NCBI RefSeq assembly: GCF_964355755.1
Contig: NC_092675.1
Coordinates: 27,190,912-27,254,911 of the forward strand
Length of the DNA stretch: 64,000 bases
Direction: 5' to 3'
From: Antedon mediterranea
Lineage: Eukaryota; Animalia; Echinodermata
Shown here piece after piece: positions 17,401-32,400 of this stretch (positions are counted from its first letter, which is position 1; each line of letters starts with the position of its first letter). The position numbers and the translations under genes are program-made. The notes under the pieces were generated by a model that saw only the letters and a program-made list of their open reading frames with translations, searched no databases and was not told the DNA's origin.

Positions 17401-20400
17401 TAACAACTAGTTTGACAAAAAAAAGTGTGATGTGCCCAAATATAGTAGTGATATTCCCAAATATGGCAGTGATATGACATCATCATGTACATATATGGGA
17501 ACATCACATTTTGTTTTCACATAAAGTTTAATAGTGTAGACAGAGCTTTAAATTATTGTTTTTGAACTTTAAATTACCATATAGTAAGAATGTTTTTGTA
17601 TCTAATTTAGCGGAACATCCTCAAAAATTTTATTTCAAAATTATATTTTTTTTACAGTCTGCTTTTATCAAAAAACATTTCATACATAAATATGTTAGAA
17701 ATGCTTTTTAAAGTACTAAAGTAAACAAATTGGCAGTAGTACTTATTTTTTATTTATTTATTTATTCGGTATATAAAAATATATTACAAAACGACAGTCA
17801 AGGACTGAAATGAAATGTATTACAAATGACTAAAAATTAAGTATGCTTACTTTAATTCCTGGATTTGAGATAAGCATTGTATAGTCATTTAAGTAGGCAA
17901 TGTATCCCTGTACAACACGTTTAGTCTCATCTTGACTTATGTGCTGATATGGTGAAATAAAGCTACTGGATGCCAACATCAATGTTCCAGAGGCTGTAAA
18001 ATAACACATTAATTATGTTATCATTTCAATGTTTTCCTTTTCTTAGGCGAGAGAGAGGTCGAGCTGTTAAGACAGTGGAACCAAAATTACGTAGCCATAA
18101 CATCGACAAGGTTTGACTCGCTCCATGGTTATGGTGGTAGAACCAGTCTTCTCGGATAAAGACTATAAACCGTAGGTGCACTGTACACATCTACTGTAGC
18201 TCATGGGCACTTTAAACAACCTAGTACTGTACATTTTTTTAGATGAGTGGGGGCTTACCTATTGTACTGTGCACACACACAGCCACTGTCACTCACAGCC
18301 ACTGATCGTAAATGGGCTCTCTAGGAGACCAGTCTTTGACTGAGGAGGTTACACAGTATAAATAAATAATAATAAATAGGCCTTAGAAATTTGAAATCCC
18401 TTATTCAGATAGTTGATAAATAGTTCCATTTGTTATGATCCATACAATAAGAAAAGGAGAAACTTTCCCATAAAAACAACAAGGGAAAATATTTATTTTA
18501 ACAATATAACTACCCCACAGAAAACTGTGTTGGGTCTGAAGGCTCTACTGTAATATAAAATTACCTTTTGTTCCCAACTGCTTAAGGTGCATACACAAAT
18601 CCTTATTTGGAAGTAGATCTAGTCTGTGATATACGATACTACCATCACTTGAGGTCATCCTCATGTGTTGTAAGCGACGCATTTTATTGTTGTCAACCAA
18701 CTTAACAAGACCGATAGAATATGGAGTGTCCGGTACAGGTGACCAACTGTACTTGACCTCAACTGTACTGTTTACTGACCGTTGCAAAACAATCTGGCCT
18801 TTCTTTCGGCTGCAAAACATTAAAATATATATCAAATATAGTTAACAATCCTTTAAACCATAAAGGTTTGCAAATTTAAATTGGCGACTGTTCTGTAAAT
18901 GATACAGTAAATGACTTACATTTTCTGATACAAGGATCGCTTATTGAAAAGGAGTTGAAATATGACCAGCATGCTAGTGAACAATTAATAATAATTACCA
19001 GGCTTATCAAAAACTTTAATTTAGGTTTAAATTAATTCACATACCTTATCATTGATTTTCGAACTGTCTCAAATCCAGGAGATTGCTCTAGTAATGAGAT
19101 ATCAACAAACGATGGCGTCCTTACAAATAATGGCCGTGGAAGTGATGGATGACTTAATGCATTACCTGTAAAACATACATGAAACATACATGATCGATAA
19201 AATACAATTCCCGAGATACTGATCATTATGTAAAAAACACTTCTATTCTAAAGTCGAAGTCAACTTATTTTAAATTGAAATGAATTGGAATCTAGTCTTA
19301 CCGTTTTTGTCGACAAGAAATGAGTATGCGACTTCACCTCCTTGGTAGTATGTTATGTCTTCTAACAGGTCACCCACACTAAGATCCATACCAACCACAC
19401 CAATCAACTCTTGGTTATAGAAGCAGGGTTTAGTAACACTGATCATATACCCTAAAATTAAAAAAAAAAGAAATATGATCGTTTTTATTATTGATATATA
19501 ACAATGTTTGTTATATAATATTATGATGGCAATGGTCTAACACATTTCAATGAAAACTCCTTAAAAGAATGCTTAACATCAAATGGAATGATAAATTAAC
19601 AAATGAAAAAACTTCAGAAACTGGAAAAATGGAGTCGAAATATAAAAAGAAGACGACTAAACTGGTATGGTCACCTAAATATGACTACCACATAATACAC
19701 ATGCAAAATTAGCTCTATAGGAAGATAACAAGATAGTTAAAAAACCTGTTGGAAGACCAAAAAAAAAAATTATACGGGATAAGTTGAAAACAGTATAAAA
19801 TTACACTGGCCCACTTGATACACACCCAGCCAACGACAGGAATAATGTTTTTATAGTGATAGATATATAGATAGTGACTATGTTGCGATAACTCACCTTC
19901 ACCAATTGGATCCATGTAGGGAAGAGAAAATGTGGCCTCTGATTGGATGGCTAGCGGGAGGTTAATGTAGAATCGACCAATTGTAGATGGTAGATTACTC
20001 ATTGGATTCAAAACTGTCATAGCTCCTTTCTATAACAAAAACGAAAATTAAATTTATTTACGGCTTCTGTTAGTTTTAAGCTCTGTCTACACCATCAAAC
20101 TTTATGAGACAAAAAAATGTGATGTGTCCATATATGGACATAATGATGTCATATCACTACCATATTTAAGCATATCACTACCACATTTAAGCACATCACT
20201 ACCATATTTAAGCATATCACTACCATATTTATGCATATCACTACCATATTTAAGCATATCACTACCCTATTTAAGCATATCACTACCATATTTGGGCACA
20301 TCACATTGTAAAACTAGTTTGATAGTGTAGACAGATTTAGAATGACTTTTATTATGCAAAAGACAGACTTTAAAAGAACTCTCTCACACAAAAAGATGGA

Positions 20401-23400
20401 AAATGTGTTATATATTTCAGAAAGAGAACAAATTTTACCTGAGCCGGAGGTATTTCAGGTTCTTCCCGATACTTTGGACTTTTTGTTGAATCTGCTGTGG
20501 ATTGTTTGGTAGCAGTTGATTTGACCGATTCTGGTTTTACATTTTGTTCGGCCAAGTCTCGTAGAAAAGCCAACTCCTCAAGACCTGTTCGTCCATCTTT
20601 GGAAAAAAAAGGCATAACCAATCAGTTATATTTTGCTTTCAATACACAGAAAAGTGTTTTAAATTTATCTTTCAAAATAGAATATGCTAGTGAATACCAC
20701 TATCAAATGAAGAAAGTTTAAGAATGGGAAATAAATTTTATAGATGAACAAATAATGTGATTACAGTAAGTTCTCTCCATTTGGACCTTCTTATTCAAGA
20801 GACACCTCTACCAAGGAGACACTATTTCATGAAATGAACAAAGTGCAGTATATGTTTAATACAATGGCCAACTCCTATACAGCACAGGTGGCACCTCTAT
20901 TAAGGGGACACTTTCCCATGAAATGAACAAGGTGCATACATTTAAACTCTACATCCAACCCCTATTCAGGGGACACCTCTGTTAAGAGGACACTTTTCTG
21001 TTAAATGAACAATCAAAAATATATGTTTTAACAGAATGGCCAACCCTCGTTAAGAGGACACATTATTGGGTTCTAAAAGTGCATTATTATAGGGGCTTAC
21101 TGTGTATGTGGACTTATTTTCACCAGGAAGGTGACTGGTAGTGGTACATAAAACATATTTTATGGACAATCGTAAATCGTGACGTTTACCTTCAATCAAT
21201 GCATAGGTCATAATGACGACCCTATTGTTTATCTGTGCGTTTTCATCTACCACTGTCTTCACGACCTTTCTAGCCTCATCTTTACCAGATGTATTTCCAG
21301 AGCTGATGTAAACTATTATAGAATCTATTCATAAAAAAATAATTTAATTCGTTCAAATGTTTGAATTGAATTGTGGGTAATAATGATTTGCATTTGAATG
21401 GTTACATTTATCCAAAAAACATTTTTTTTTTTCAATCCAATTGTTGTTGAATAACTGATATGCGACATTGATATGTCATATTCAACACACAACAAATATT
21501 AAAAAATTACTTTTTCAAGTCAAGGTGACATATCTAGCCATTTTTATGCTGCACTGCTGGAAAATGTGGTACTTTTTTGTGTTTTTCAGAAGAAACCAGC
21601 AAATTAACAAGTAGTTAGTACTCAGAAAATTAATCACTTTAAATTAATAATATGTATTACTTACCAGCTAAAGATACATTGTTATTTAGTGGTTCAACTT
21701 CTTGTTTTATCATAGAAAAAGCTTTCTTTAATCCGAGAGTATGATTTGTATTTCCCGATGAATCTGTGAATAAAAAATAAATAATAAAATAATAATGTAA
21801 AGGTTATTTGCCACGGAGATAAATGTTTGTTTATCTAGCTATGGTACAATATAATAAAATTGTGTCTGTCAACACTATCAAACATGTGACAAAAATGTAA
21901 TGTGACCATATAGTACTGTTATGGACATGATGATGTCATATCACTACCATATTTGGGCACATCACACTTTTGTGTCAAATTTGTTTGATAGTAAACAGAT
22001 TTTCAGTCCACCACCCTTTGCAAAAAAACCGTATACGAACGTATACGATTTACATACGTTTCGTATATGTTTCGTATAGGAAGTCCACTTCGTATACGAA
22101 ACGTGTACGTCAATTCGGAAGTTCCTGCCCGCATAATAAACATATAAGAACCGTATACGATCATTTATAAACAATTTCCTAATTATACGCTCCGTATACG
22201 ATCCGTATATGATCCGTATACGACGACGCGTGTATACAAACTGCATCGTATTACCAAGCGAAAAGGGACTGTCCCTCTTTTTACAAGACGACGATAGCAT
22301 ACGTTTACGATCGCAGGAGCATCTTCTTGACTTCAATAATTAATGTACAATTTGGTTTTTTTTCAGTCGGTATATGTACATTAAATTCCCTATGATGATT
22401 TAGTTCATAGTTTTCGCGAATGAAAATTTGGTGCTGTATTTTACTAGACGTTGTTTTTCAAGCAAGCATAAAAACCCACCCAGGCTGTTCTGCCTTGTTT
22501 ATCCCCTCTGCTATTTCTTTACCTTTTGTATGTTCCATTAATAAGTGAATCACACAAAATGTGCTGTTATTAATTTGAAAGTGCTTTAAATAATATTAAT
22601 GTACTTGGAAATAAATAAGTAAATATTAAATTGGGCCCGCAGTATATTAAATTTAAAACGAGTAAGTAAAATTCATAAATTACGATTTAATAAAAATGTA
22701 GAATACATGTGGCTCCCTATTATATATATGGAATGATCCAAATAAATTCGCCCAAAACGTGCCTGTGTTATGTGCGCTGCATGCATGCATCACATGGATG
22801 GATCAGATTTCATTCATTTTCAATCATCATTGTTGATTTTTTGGCTACGGGTTTTGACTCACTATAAAAAAAAATTAAAAATGGGATCGGATGTAGGCCT
22901 AGTTACAGTAGGCCCAGGTAGATAGTAAATTCGATGACTTCTAGCTAGCTAGGCTATAGGCATATTGTAATTGTATATATCGAATATGCAGTATATAGCT
23001 ACTGCAGCAGCTCTAGTAAACTAAGAGTTAACTAGGCCTGGGGAAAATACGCCAAGGAAAAGAGTCTGTGGTACACTCATTGTGAAAATAAGCTAGCTAG
23101 CTTTCCCCCATATATTAGATTTGGTTATACCGTATTGTATTATTTTAATAACCTACTCTAGCTAGTAGTATATCAACAACGGTGAAATGGAAATACGATG
23201 CATTATGGATATCATCGTTGCAGAGTTAGGGGGTGCCAACAAAACATTCAACAGCCAGAAATACAAAAAAGAAGCTCCGACGTTTTTATTTAGAGCATTT
23301 TACTATTTTAGGCATACAGAACTAATTGCTGTAAATTTCCTAGAGTTGTCACTGATAAATACAATTTAACATAACCTACATATAACTTAAAAAATCCAAA

Positions 23401-26400
23401 TGATAAATTGTACGCGAACGCAGTAAAACCAACCAGTTAAATGTTTGTTAAATAATTATTTTACATCTCCCTGGTAAAATGGTACCCTACGCCCCCATTT
23501 TTCCGCCATCATTGATAAACCCCCTCTGTACACACGCCTGCCGGCTATTTGTTTATCATTTTAATGAATGTAGTACGAGTCTAACTCCAAATAAAGATAT
23601 AGAACACATTTTAAGAATTCAAAGTGTTGATCTTTTTTAAGAATCTGATATATACCATGAATCATCTTTTTACATAATATACAGCATAAGCATGTACAAT
23701 CTAATTTAATTGTCACACAATTGAATTAACAAAGGACAAGGATTTCAAATAAACTGTTACAAATAAACAATTATTAATGAAATAGTTGGGGTATTGTTGG
23801 GTCCATGGGAAATCAACAATGTTTAGTAGACTTATTTAATTTGTTATTTAAAGTTGAGGGTAGTTATTTTTTAAACAATTATTGGAATACCATGAAAATA
23901 AAGAAAGATATGTTTTATGATTTCTTAATCACCAAGCAGAAATAATGAAAGCAATTCAATCTGTTCGCTACCGGGAATAAATTGAGATTCGATATAATTG
24001 TATTTACTATCACCACTAATTGTGTTTTTTTTTTATTCATATATAATTCATAATTCATACAATTTATATATATTCAAAATCCGAATGTATTCATCGTTAA
24101 ATAATAATTATTATAATGACCTTACTTCTGTTTTGGGTCATGGTTTTCCTCTTCGGCATTGCCGAATTATTGTTACTCCATCTCCATTGCTACAACACAC
24201 GTCGCGGAATAATATCGCTTAACATAACGATGTAAATTGACCACCCAAAGCTCGCACGTGGCGTGACGAATTAAGAACGACGAACCCGATGATTCACCCG
24301 ATGATATGCATGATTGGCCACCAGGGAGCCGAGTCGACCACGAGTTGGAACTGTAGGCAACCGAGCGACGCTCGGTCGTCGTCGGCGGCTGCACTTACTG
24401 ACCTCTGTCATATTTTATAAAGGAAAACTGCAAACAACATCGTCGATTTGTGAAAATGGCCCCTTGTTTTTTCTAGGCCTACCTAGTAGTATACCTGTTT
24501 AGCGTACTTTATTTACTTGCGAAAAACGTTGTTTGAATGTTATCGGTAGCCTAGGCTATCTAATAAATATAGAAATAAATATGATCTTATGTTCTAGCTC
24601 CTACTAATAATTAATACTACTAGACTAGGCCTATCTAATGGCTGGTGCTAGCTAGAGGCCTAGCTAGCCCTTAGCTAGGCCAGAGCCTACGTACGTATTT
24701 GTTGTAATGACAATTTAAATGTTTTATTTAGCTCTATTCTACTCATTACTGCTATTATAATTTATAAAATGGCCTAGTTTGTTCGTATATGATTCGTATA
24801 CGATATTCTTATCATGAATAAACAACGTATACGTTACGTATGCTAAACGTATACGACGCCAACTCTTTGTGGAGCAACAGAGTGGAAATAATGTAAACAG
24901 TGAAATCGTATACGATCCGTATACGTCGTATACGTTTTCAGCGTATACGGATCGTATACGGCTTTTTTGCAAAGGGCAAGACAACAAACACAAGTGTACC
25001 TAGCCATCATAGAAATTGAAGATAGAATCTAAATCCTGAATGGATAGTAGAAAAACGGGATACAATTAGTACTAACCTGAATCTTTACTAATTGACTTGA
25101 TAAAATTAATCAATTGCTGTTTGTTTTCTGTGGAAGCTGGAGCCAAACCTTTACCATAACAACTATCTGTTTGACAGGTATCAATTGTGGCGCCCACTGA
25201 AACAATCCCGACCTGTATAATAAAAAATCAAAACTAAGATATTTAGTATGTTTGCATGCTTTCTACTATTGAAGTAATAGATCGGTGTTTAAAACATGAA
25301 AGTATACTAGAGTAACTGATCAGCAATCACTGCGTATATTTTATTTAGATCAGTTTAAGCTTGCATAGAGCAGAGCATTATGTACTTATAGCATCATGAA
25401 ATAAAATTATGTGGTATGAATTTTAAACCTACCATATCAAGTTCACTTAGAACACCTAAAGCAACGACTGCTGCTTCCTTTGCCAATCGTAACTGTTCCT
25501 TGCTGACCCATGACCCTCGCTCGATCAGGATGACCACCTTCTTCTGTTGAGGGCGAACACTTGATGCATAGACAGGTCTAAAAAATATGAATTAAATTCA
25601 CACAATCAGTATACACCCATTGTAATTTGTGTTTTTGTTAATGTTGTACAACATTTTATAAACTAGCCATTTTTGCATTCATTCGTGTTGTAATTTTGTT
25701 CTGAATTATTTGTAATTTTAAATGAAAATTAAATAAAGTGAAATTGTAAATTGAAGATTGATATACTGTACTGTATTGACACCCAAATATGGACATTTTA
25801 AGTACAATTCCATTCCAGGACAACCACTAAGGGGACACATGAAATGAATGATGGGACTAATGTTCAGTGGACACCGATAGTATTAGAAATAGTTGCCAAA
25901 TCATCATCTTGTTGTCAAAAACAGAAGTACTGTTAAAGCTCTGTCCACACTATCAACCTTTATGTGACAAAAAAATGTGATGTGCCCATATATACATGAT
26001 GATGTCATATCGCTGCTATATTTAGGCATATCATTACCATGTTTGGGCATATCACACTTTTTTCAAACTAGTTTGATAGTGCAGACAGAGCTTAATACTA
26101 TATTTTTATGTCTAAATCGCCATTACAGTACATTTTCTTTTCAGTTGCAGATTTCATAATTTCAAACAATCATAAGAAAGATAGTAAGAAGAAGTATATT
26201 CTTTATAACTTATACATAAAATAACTCAAACCTGTGCTCAAATGTCTAGGTTACAGTAAATGGAGCCTTGATATTTTATGATCATTTTATGGATGCCAAG
26301 TTTAAGTAGTTAAAAGAAAGTATAATGAAAACAAACTATATGCTTAGATTACTCATCGCATGTAATATAAGATATTTAAAAGTAGTAAATCTGCATCGAC

Positions 26401-29400
26401 GCCACTATTAAAAATGCATTATGACTAAGCATACAGGTGGGAGGAGTTGCTTCAGGGACAGGTGGTAACACAATGAATGCCTATAGCTATGATTTTCCTT
26501 GTGTTTCTTGTACATATTATTCCGATGTAACATATTTGATGGTGGAAATGCACATTTTACCAAAAATAAATTAATTCTTTGAGTAAAGATTTTTCATTTT
26601 TGCACAATGGCACTCACTATATCCTATTTATTGTCTTAAGCTCTGTCTACATTATCAAACCTACAGTAGTTTGCCCAAATATGGCAGTGATATTCTCAAA
26701 TATGGTAATTGTAGTAATATGACATCATTATGTCCATGTATGGGCACATCACATTTTGTTTATCAGTGTCACATAAAGTTTGATAGTGTAGACAGAGTTA
26801 ATGCGGTGTAATCAATATTTAGGCTTCAAAAGGGAATTGTGTACAAACATGACAACCCGTATCAATGAGCTACTGTATCATCATATTAAATAAATAGAAA
26901 AATGTTCTCCAATCTACTATTTATATCAACATTTTTTTTTTTGCATGGATGAATCCAAATGAATGAAACCATTATTACAAATTGATATTTTAAAATTCTA
27001 ATCTTTTTTTTACAAAAAAAAAACAGAATTTATTGTAATTAATAATAACATTGACACATGTTATCTCAGGTTAAATTCAGGACTAGTTGGTTTAAAATGG
27101 TGAATACACATTCAATCCACTAAACATTATGTAAAACAGGATTTTATAAACGATTTATCCTATACCGATTGGTCACCCGTACATTCAGATTCAGATTTAA
27201 TTTTATTTGCCCATTTAAAATTAACATTAAATTCTAAAATGTATATTAATAAAATTATTACTATATAACAAATATTTAAACATACTTGAGATATATTATT
27301 TTAAAACAATCAATATTTATAAACAGACTTGAAGGGATAAAATATTTTGAAAAAGCAACAAATAATCTGAACATCATATACAGTATCCTTACCTACTACG
27401 TGCATCCCAACTGTCTTCACAAGACATTCCAAACTTATTATTAGCAAATCCTGTGGAGGGGTAAAGGACATGAACCCCTTCCTCAGAACTCCAATATTGC
27501 CACTTTATTAGATGACACTCTTTCATTGTCTTTCTAAAAACTGTTTAAAAAAGAATAAAAGATCAAATTTAACGAATGTAAGTAACAAATTGCAATAAAA
27601 AAAAATGTTTTTATTAACCATTTAATTTATGCATACAGTAAAACTACTCTTTTGTGACACGCCTATTCATGCCAATCCCCAATACAAACTAGGGCAATAC
27701 AGTATGTTTCAACACAAACCTACTTAGAGGACATCCCTATTAAGGGGACACATTATTGGGTCACGTATCATAAAACGTGTGTCTCCTTAATAGGGATTCT
27801 ACTGTATAAAGCTCTGTCTACACTATCAAATTTTATGTGACAAAAAAATGTGATGTGCCCATATATGGACATGATGATATCATATCACTGCCATATTTGG
27901 GCATATCATTACCATATTTGGGCATATCATTACCATATTTGGGCATATCACTACCATATTTGGGAACATCACCCTTTTTTTTTTCAAACTTGTTTGATAG
28001 TGTAGACAGAGCTTAAAATACTTAATTATTGCTATCAATCAGTAACATTCAATGAACACTGCATGAAGCAATCATTGTGATTATGATTGCTATAACTGCA
28101 TACACATATTATTCATTCATGTTGATGTATAATCTGATATTGATAAATAACCTGCCTGAAGACTTGAATGATTTATGCTAAAAATATGTTTAATCATTAA
28201 CAATCATTTTCTATGAATTATACAAAATTAAAATAATCTGACAATTACTATGGTAAGGAGCCAATAGTACTTTCAAATACTGTTACATACATTTTCAAAA
28301 TCATTTTATACATTTTATACTGTTAGAGAAGGAATTTGTAATGTACAGTAATTTGTGATTATTTAAAGGATATAACATAATGTGGTATTAACTGTGTACT
28401 GTATTTAATCATACACAAATAACATACACAAATTTTTATTCTATAACTTAATTGTACTGTACTGTAATTACTTTTATGGTCAATTTTAAAACAAAATAAA
28501 AAACAGTATTTTAATTTCAATATACTGTAAATTTAAAAGCTTTTTTAATATCGATGTTTTCTTTATCTTATAATCTTTTGCCCTTTTAAGTAATTGCCAA
28601 TTGAGACTATATGAATGAATTGATATCTTGTTGACTTACTTTGCGTCAGATTGTTGACTGGATTAAATGCACTCGACGTCACAACTGGTGAAAGACGATC
28701 GCACGCACTGTCCTTTGAAATGTCACACTGAAATACATTATCATAACTGTAGAAAAAAAAACAAGAAACATCATATTTAAAAACAATCTGAACTAAGATT
28801 ATTTAATTTAACATGGACTAAAAAAGGGTCTTTTCACACCTGTTCCGGCAATCAAACGCCAATGTTTTGTTTTCACAGCGCTGCACATGCTATGTGCAAA
28901 TCAATATGCGTGTAGCTGCGTGAAAACGAAACACTAATGTTTGATTTGATTTGTGGCGTCGGACTGGAACCATGTTATTACTACTACTATACCAATCAAG
29001 ATAACTGTACTGTACAGTATGTTGGCTTGCCCACTACAGAGTGTTACTATGCTTACCTTAATGATTGTGTCTGCAGCTTACAGCAACTCTGGCGGGCTGC
29101 GATTGGTTGCGTACGGTGCGACTGTGCTCGGTGGGCTTGATATAACTTCTCAACATTATTTTTATTATAATCCAGCTGTTTTAGATATTTTACTAGTTTC
29201 ATCCCAACCTTCAATGTCAGCTAAAAAAATAAACGAATAAAATAAATTGATTAATTCTTTTTTTCCCCAATATTTAATGTAACCAATAAACCATGGAATG
29301 AGGGTTCATATTCTTAGTCAAAAGAAATTAGCTATTAATAACTAATAAAGTAAAAAATTCAAATCCTTGATATGAATCATTCTTTTGATTTCTCTGGGAG

Positions 29401-32400
29401 CCCCAGAAATGTCATCTAATCTTGAATCTTCTGAAATATTAAACAATCTCCCGAATTTTTGTTTACTGTCTTTTAGAAAAAGATTCATTTACAATACATT
29501 ACTGTATAATACATTTGTTTACAGTAAATGCTAAATAGTGCAACACACCTCAGGTAAACATTGATTGATAAATATTTTGTGATGATGTAAAGTAATATAG
29601 AGGTCTTAAGTGACACAAAATATCCGCGCCATTCCAAGTACTGTAGCCTACGAATACAATCTTTGGTGGTAAATGTATCAAATCTCACAGTGTTGGATTG
29701 GAGATTCGAACGTCTATGAAACTACTATACTGTACCATTTTCTTTATTTGGCATACATTCTGATTTCAATCATCTTTGAATAATTCTGTTTTCCTTAACA
29801 GTGTTACTGTAGTAACAGAACCGTACTGACCTCATATCACATTCACTCTCATTGGTGACTCACTATTATGATTATTGATTAAATTTTATAGTTTTGTGTT
29901 AAAGGAATGTGCAGTAAAAAAAACAATTCAATATAACATTTGCATTGGCCAGTGAAATGCCTAGGGTTAGCCTAGCATGCCAATGGAGAAATTTGAACGA
30001 TAATTAATAATAAAAACAAATGGAACAGCAAGCCGCTAAGCCTACTGATTTATGCAGTTCAGACAGGGTCATTTGTATAGGGTAAAGGTACTGTACAGGT
30101 TAAGCCTGCGATGGTTTACAGATGCCTGACCACCACTGCCTCCCAACAGGCTGGGATACTGTACCATACTACAATCAGTACTGTAAATTTCAATAGGATA
30201 GCTCTCCTCTATGGTTGTTGTTGTTTTTACTGCCTTAGGCTAGCCTGACAGAAGCCTTGAAATGTGTGGTTCTGAAACAGGTTGATTTTATTACCTTCGG
30301 CCTACAGGTAACAAACAGTCAACAGTGTTTGGATGTCACCCAAAGGTCCAGGTTTATTTTATTACCCTAGGCCGCATAATTATACAACTTTCATAAACCT
30401 TTACCAAGGACTGCATGTTTTGTTGAAATGTAAAACACAAATACATTTAAAGCCTGTTACAGTAAATGTATTCCTTCTTTTAAATACAATACAATAATTA
30501 TCTCCTGGGGTTGTAGTGTCAACCACCAACTTCATACATACTAAGGAATTAAAATGATTCCATCCAGTGACCTTTAGCCTTCCTAATAGTAATACTATTT
30601 GTCAATTAGCATTATAGATTTATGTATGCTAATGCATAGAGGGAACTGCTATACAATTAAACAGGGTGCATTTCTCTGCACACAGTGCATGAATGCCAAT
30701 TATTATACTGTATGCTCTACTTTGAACAGATTCATTTAAAGAAATTAACAAACTTTCTAGTTCTATTCGTTACACTCCATTTTGATGAAATGTAAATTAA
30801 ATGAAAATGATATTTTTTGATTCAATAGCACAATGAATTAAAACTCACCTGCTGTACTTCAGACAAGTCCGAAGAAGCTTCATCAACATATTCCACAGAA
30901 TCATAAACTCTCTGAAAAAAACATTATAAGTTTACTATTAAATTATTGAGATGGTAAACTACAGGATAATTAATTAATTGAGAGCAAAAGAGTGATTGAT
31001 CATTACAAATTACATACTATTTTACAATGGCCACAAATTGAGGATAACTTACAGTATTTCTTCTTTCTTATTGTACAGTACAGTATTTTATTTAATTTGA
31101 AATAATTAAATTATTATCTAAAAAATTTCTAGATAAAATTTACCAATAAATGTTGAACAGGGAATTTGATGTTTTACTAAGTACAGTAAATAGGTACTGT
31201 ACTTTTACTTTTAGTACCATGGACCTATATTTACCTAAATTATAGGTCCATGCTATAACCGACATGTTAATACCCAAGATAAGTGATAACAATTAACACG
31301 CATACATTTAATAAACATGATGTTTTAACAGCAGAACTTTACACTTATGTAAACATACTTATTATTAGTTTCAAAGTCCAGATTCCAAAATTGACATACA
31401 GTACAATATATTTTGACTTTTTCACACCAGCCTCACATTTCACACAATTTATAATTGGTATCCCTACAATCCACCCCCACCAAAACCTCCGATCTGATGT
31501 AGTTCTACACTAGGTCCTATCTCTACTACAAAAAAAAAATATCAACCGTTTAATATCGTGTGAATAAATTAACTACAATTCTTGAAAGCAGAAGCAGAAC
31601 AAAATCTTTAATAATATCCGGTTAAATAAAAAGTGGCACAGTGAAAATAACAGTTAAAAACTCCCATTGAGGGGTTACCTGTATCACTTTTAGCTGCAAG
31701 TTGCAACGCAAAATAACGGTTACTATTTACTGCTGGATAGTCGATAGCTTTAGTACATGTTGAACGTTTGACAGCCTGAACGCATTGCATCTTGGGTAAT
31801 GAGCCATCAGTAGGAAATTGTTTTTTTAATTTAAATTATTTATTCTTTTAGCTGTAGTGTATGCAAAATATTGGTTCTACTGTCACTGCTGTAGTCGATA
31901 GCTTTAGTACACGTTAACAGTTTGAAAGCCTCAACGCATTGCATCTTGGGTAATCAGTCATCAGTAGGAATTTTTAGTCGCGTGGACGCGACTCTATAGT
32001 TCACTATGTCGGTCGGTTGGTCTGTCTGTCGGTCCGGTATCACTATGCGTTTTAGCACGCAACTTATGGCTGTTGGCCTTGTTTTTTATTTAACTGGTTT
32101 ATTCGGCACTACAGTATGCAGCAGAAACAGGCCACTAGTACAGTAACCCAAATACTGGGCATCGACCCATATTGCACCGTGGACACAGAGTTAATGGACT
32201 GAACATTCAACTCTTGTAGTACTAATGTGATTATTGCAAAGTGTTAACTCAGAACTGTCAGTAAATTAAAGAATCAATATCAATTTAAATCACAGAATCT
32301 TATTAACCAATGAATGAATCCGAAATGATCAAAATAAAATGTTTTCCTCACTTTTTTAACTGAAGAACAATAATGTATCTATAAACTAAACAAAAACTGA

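Noticed and set aside
20160-20300. 21-bp repeats and ORF 20124-20330 (SLPYLSI)n as a CRISPR array or repeat protein
   Set aside because: No spacers, no cas genes, eukaryotic context; it is a tandem unit inside a MITE
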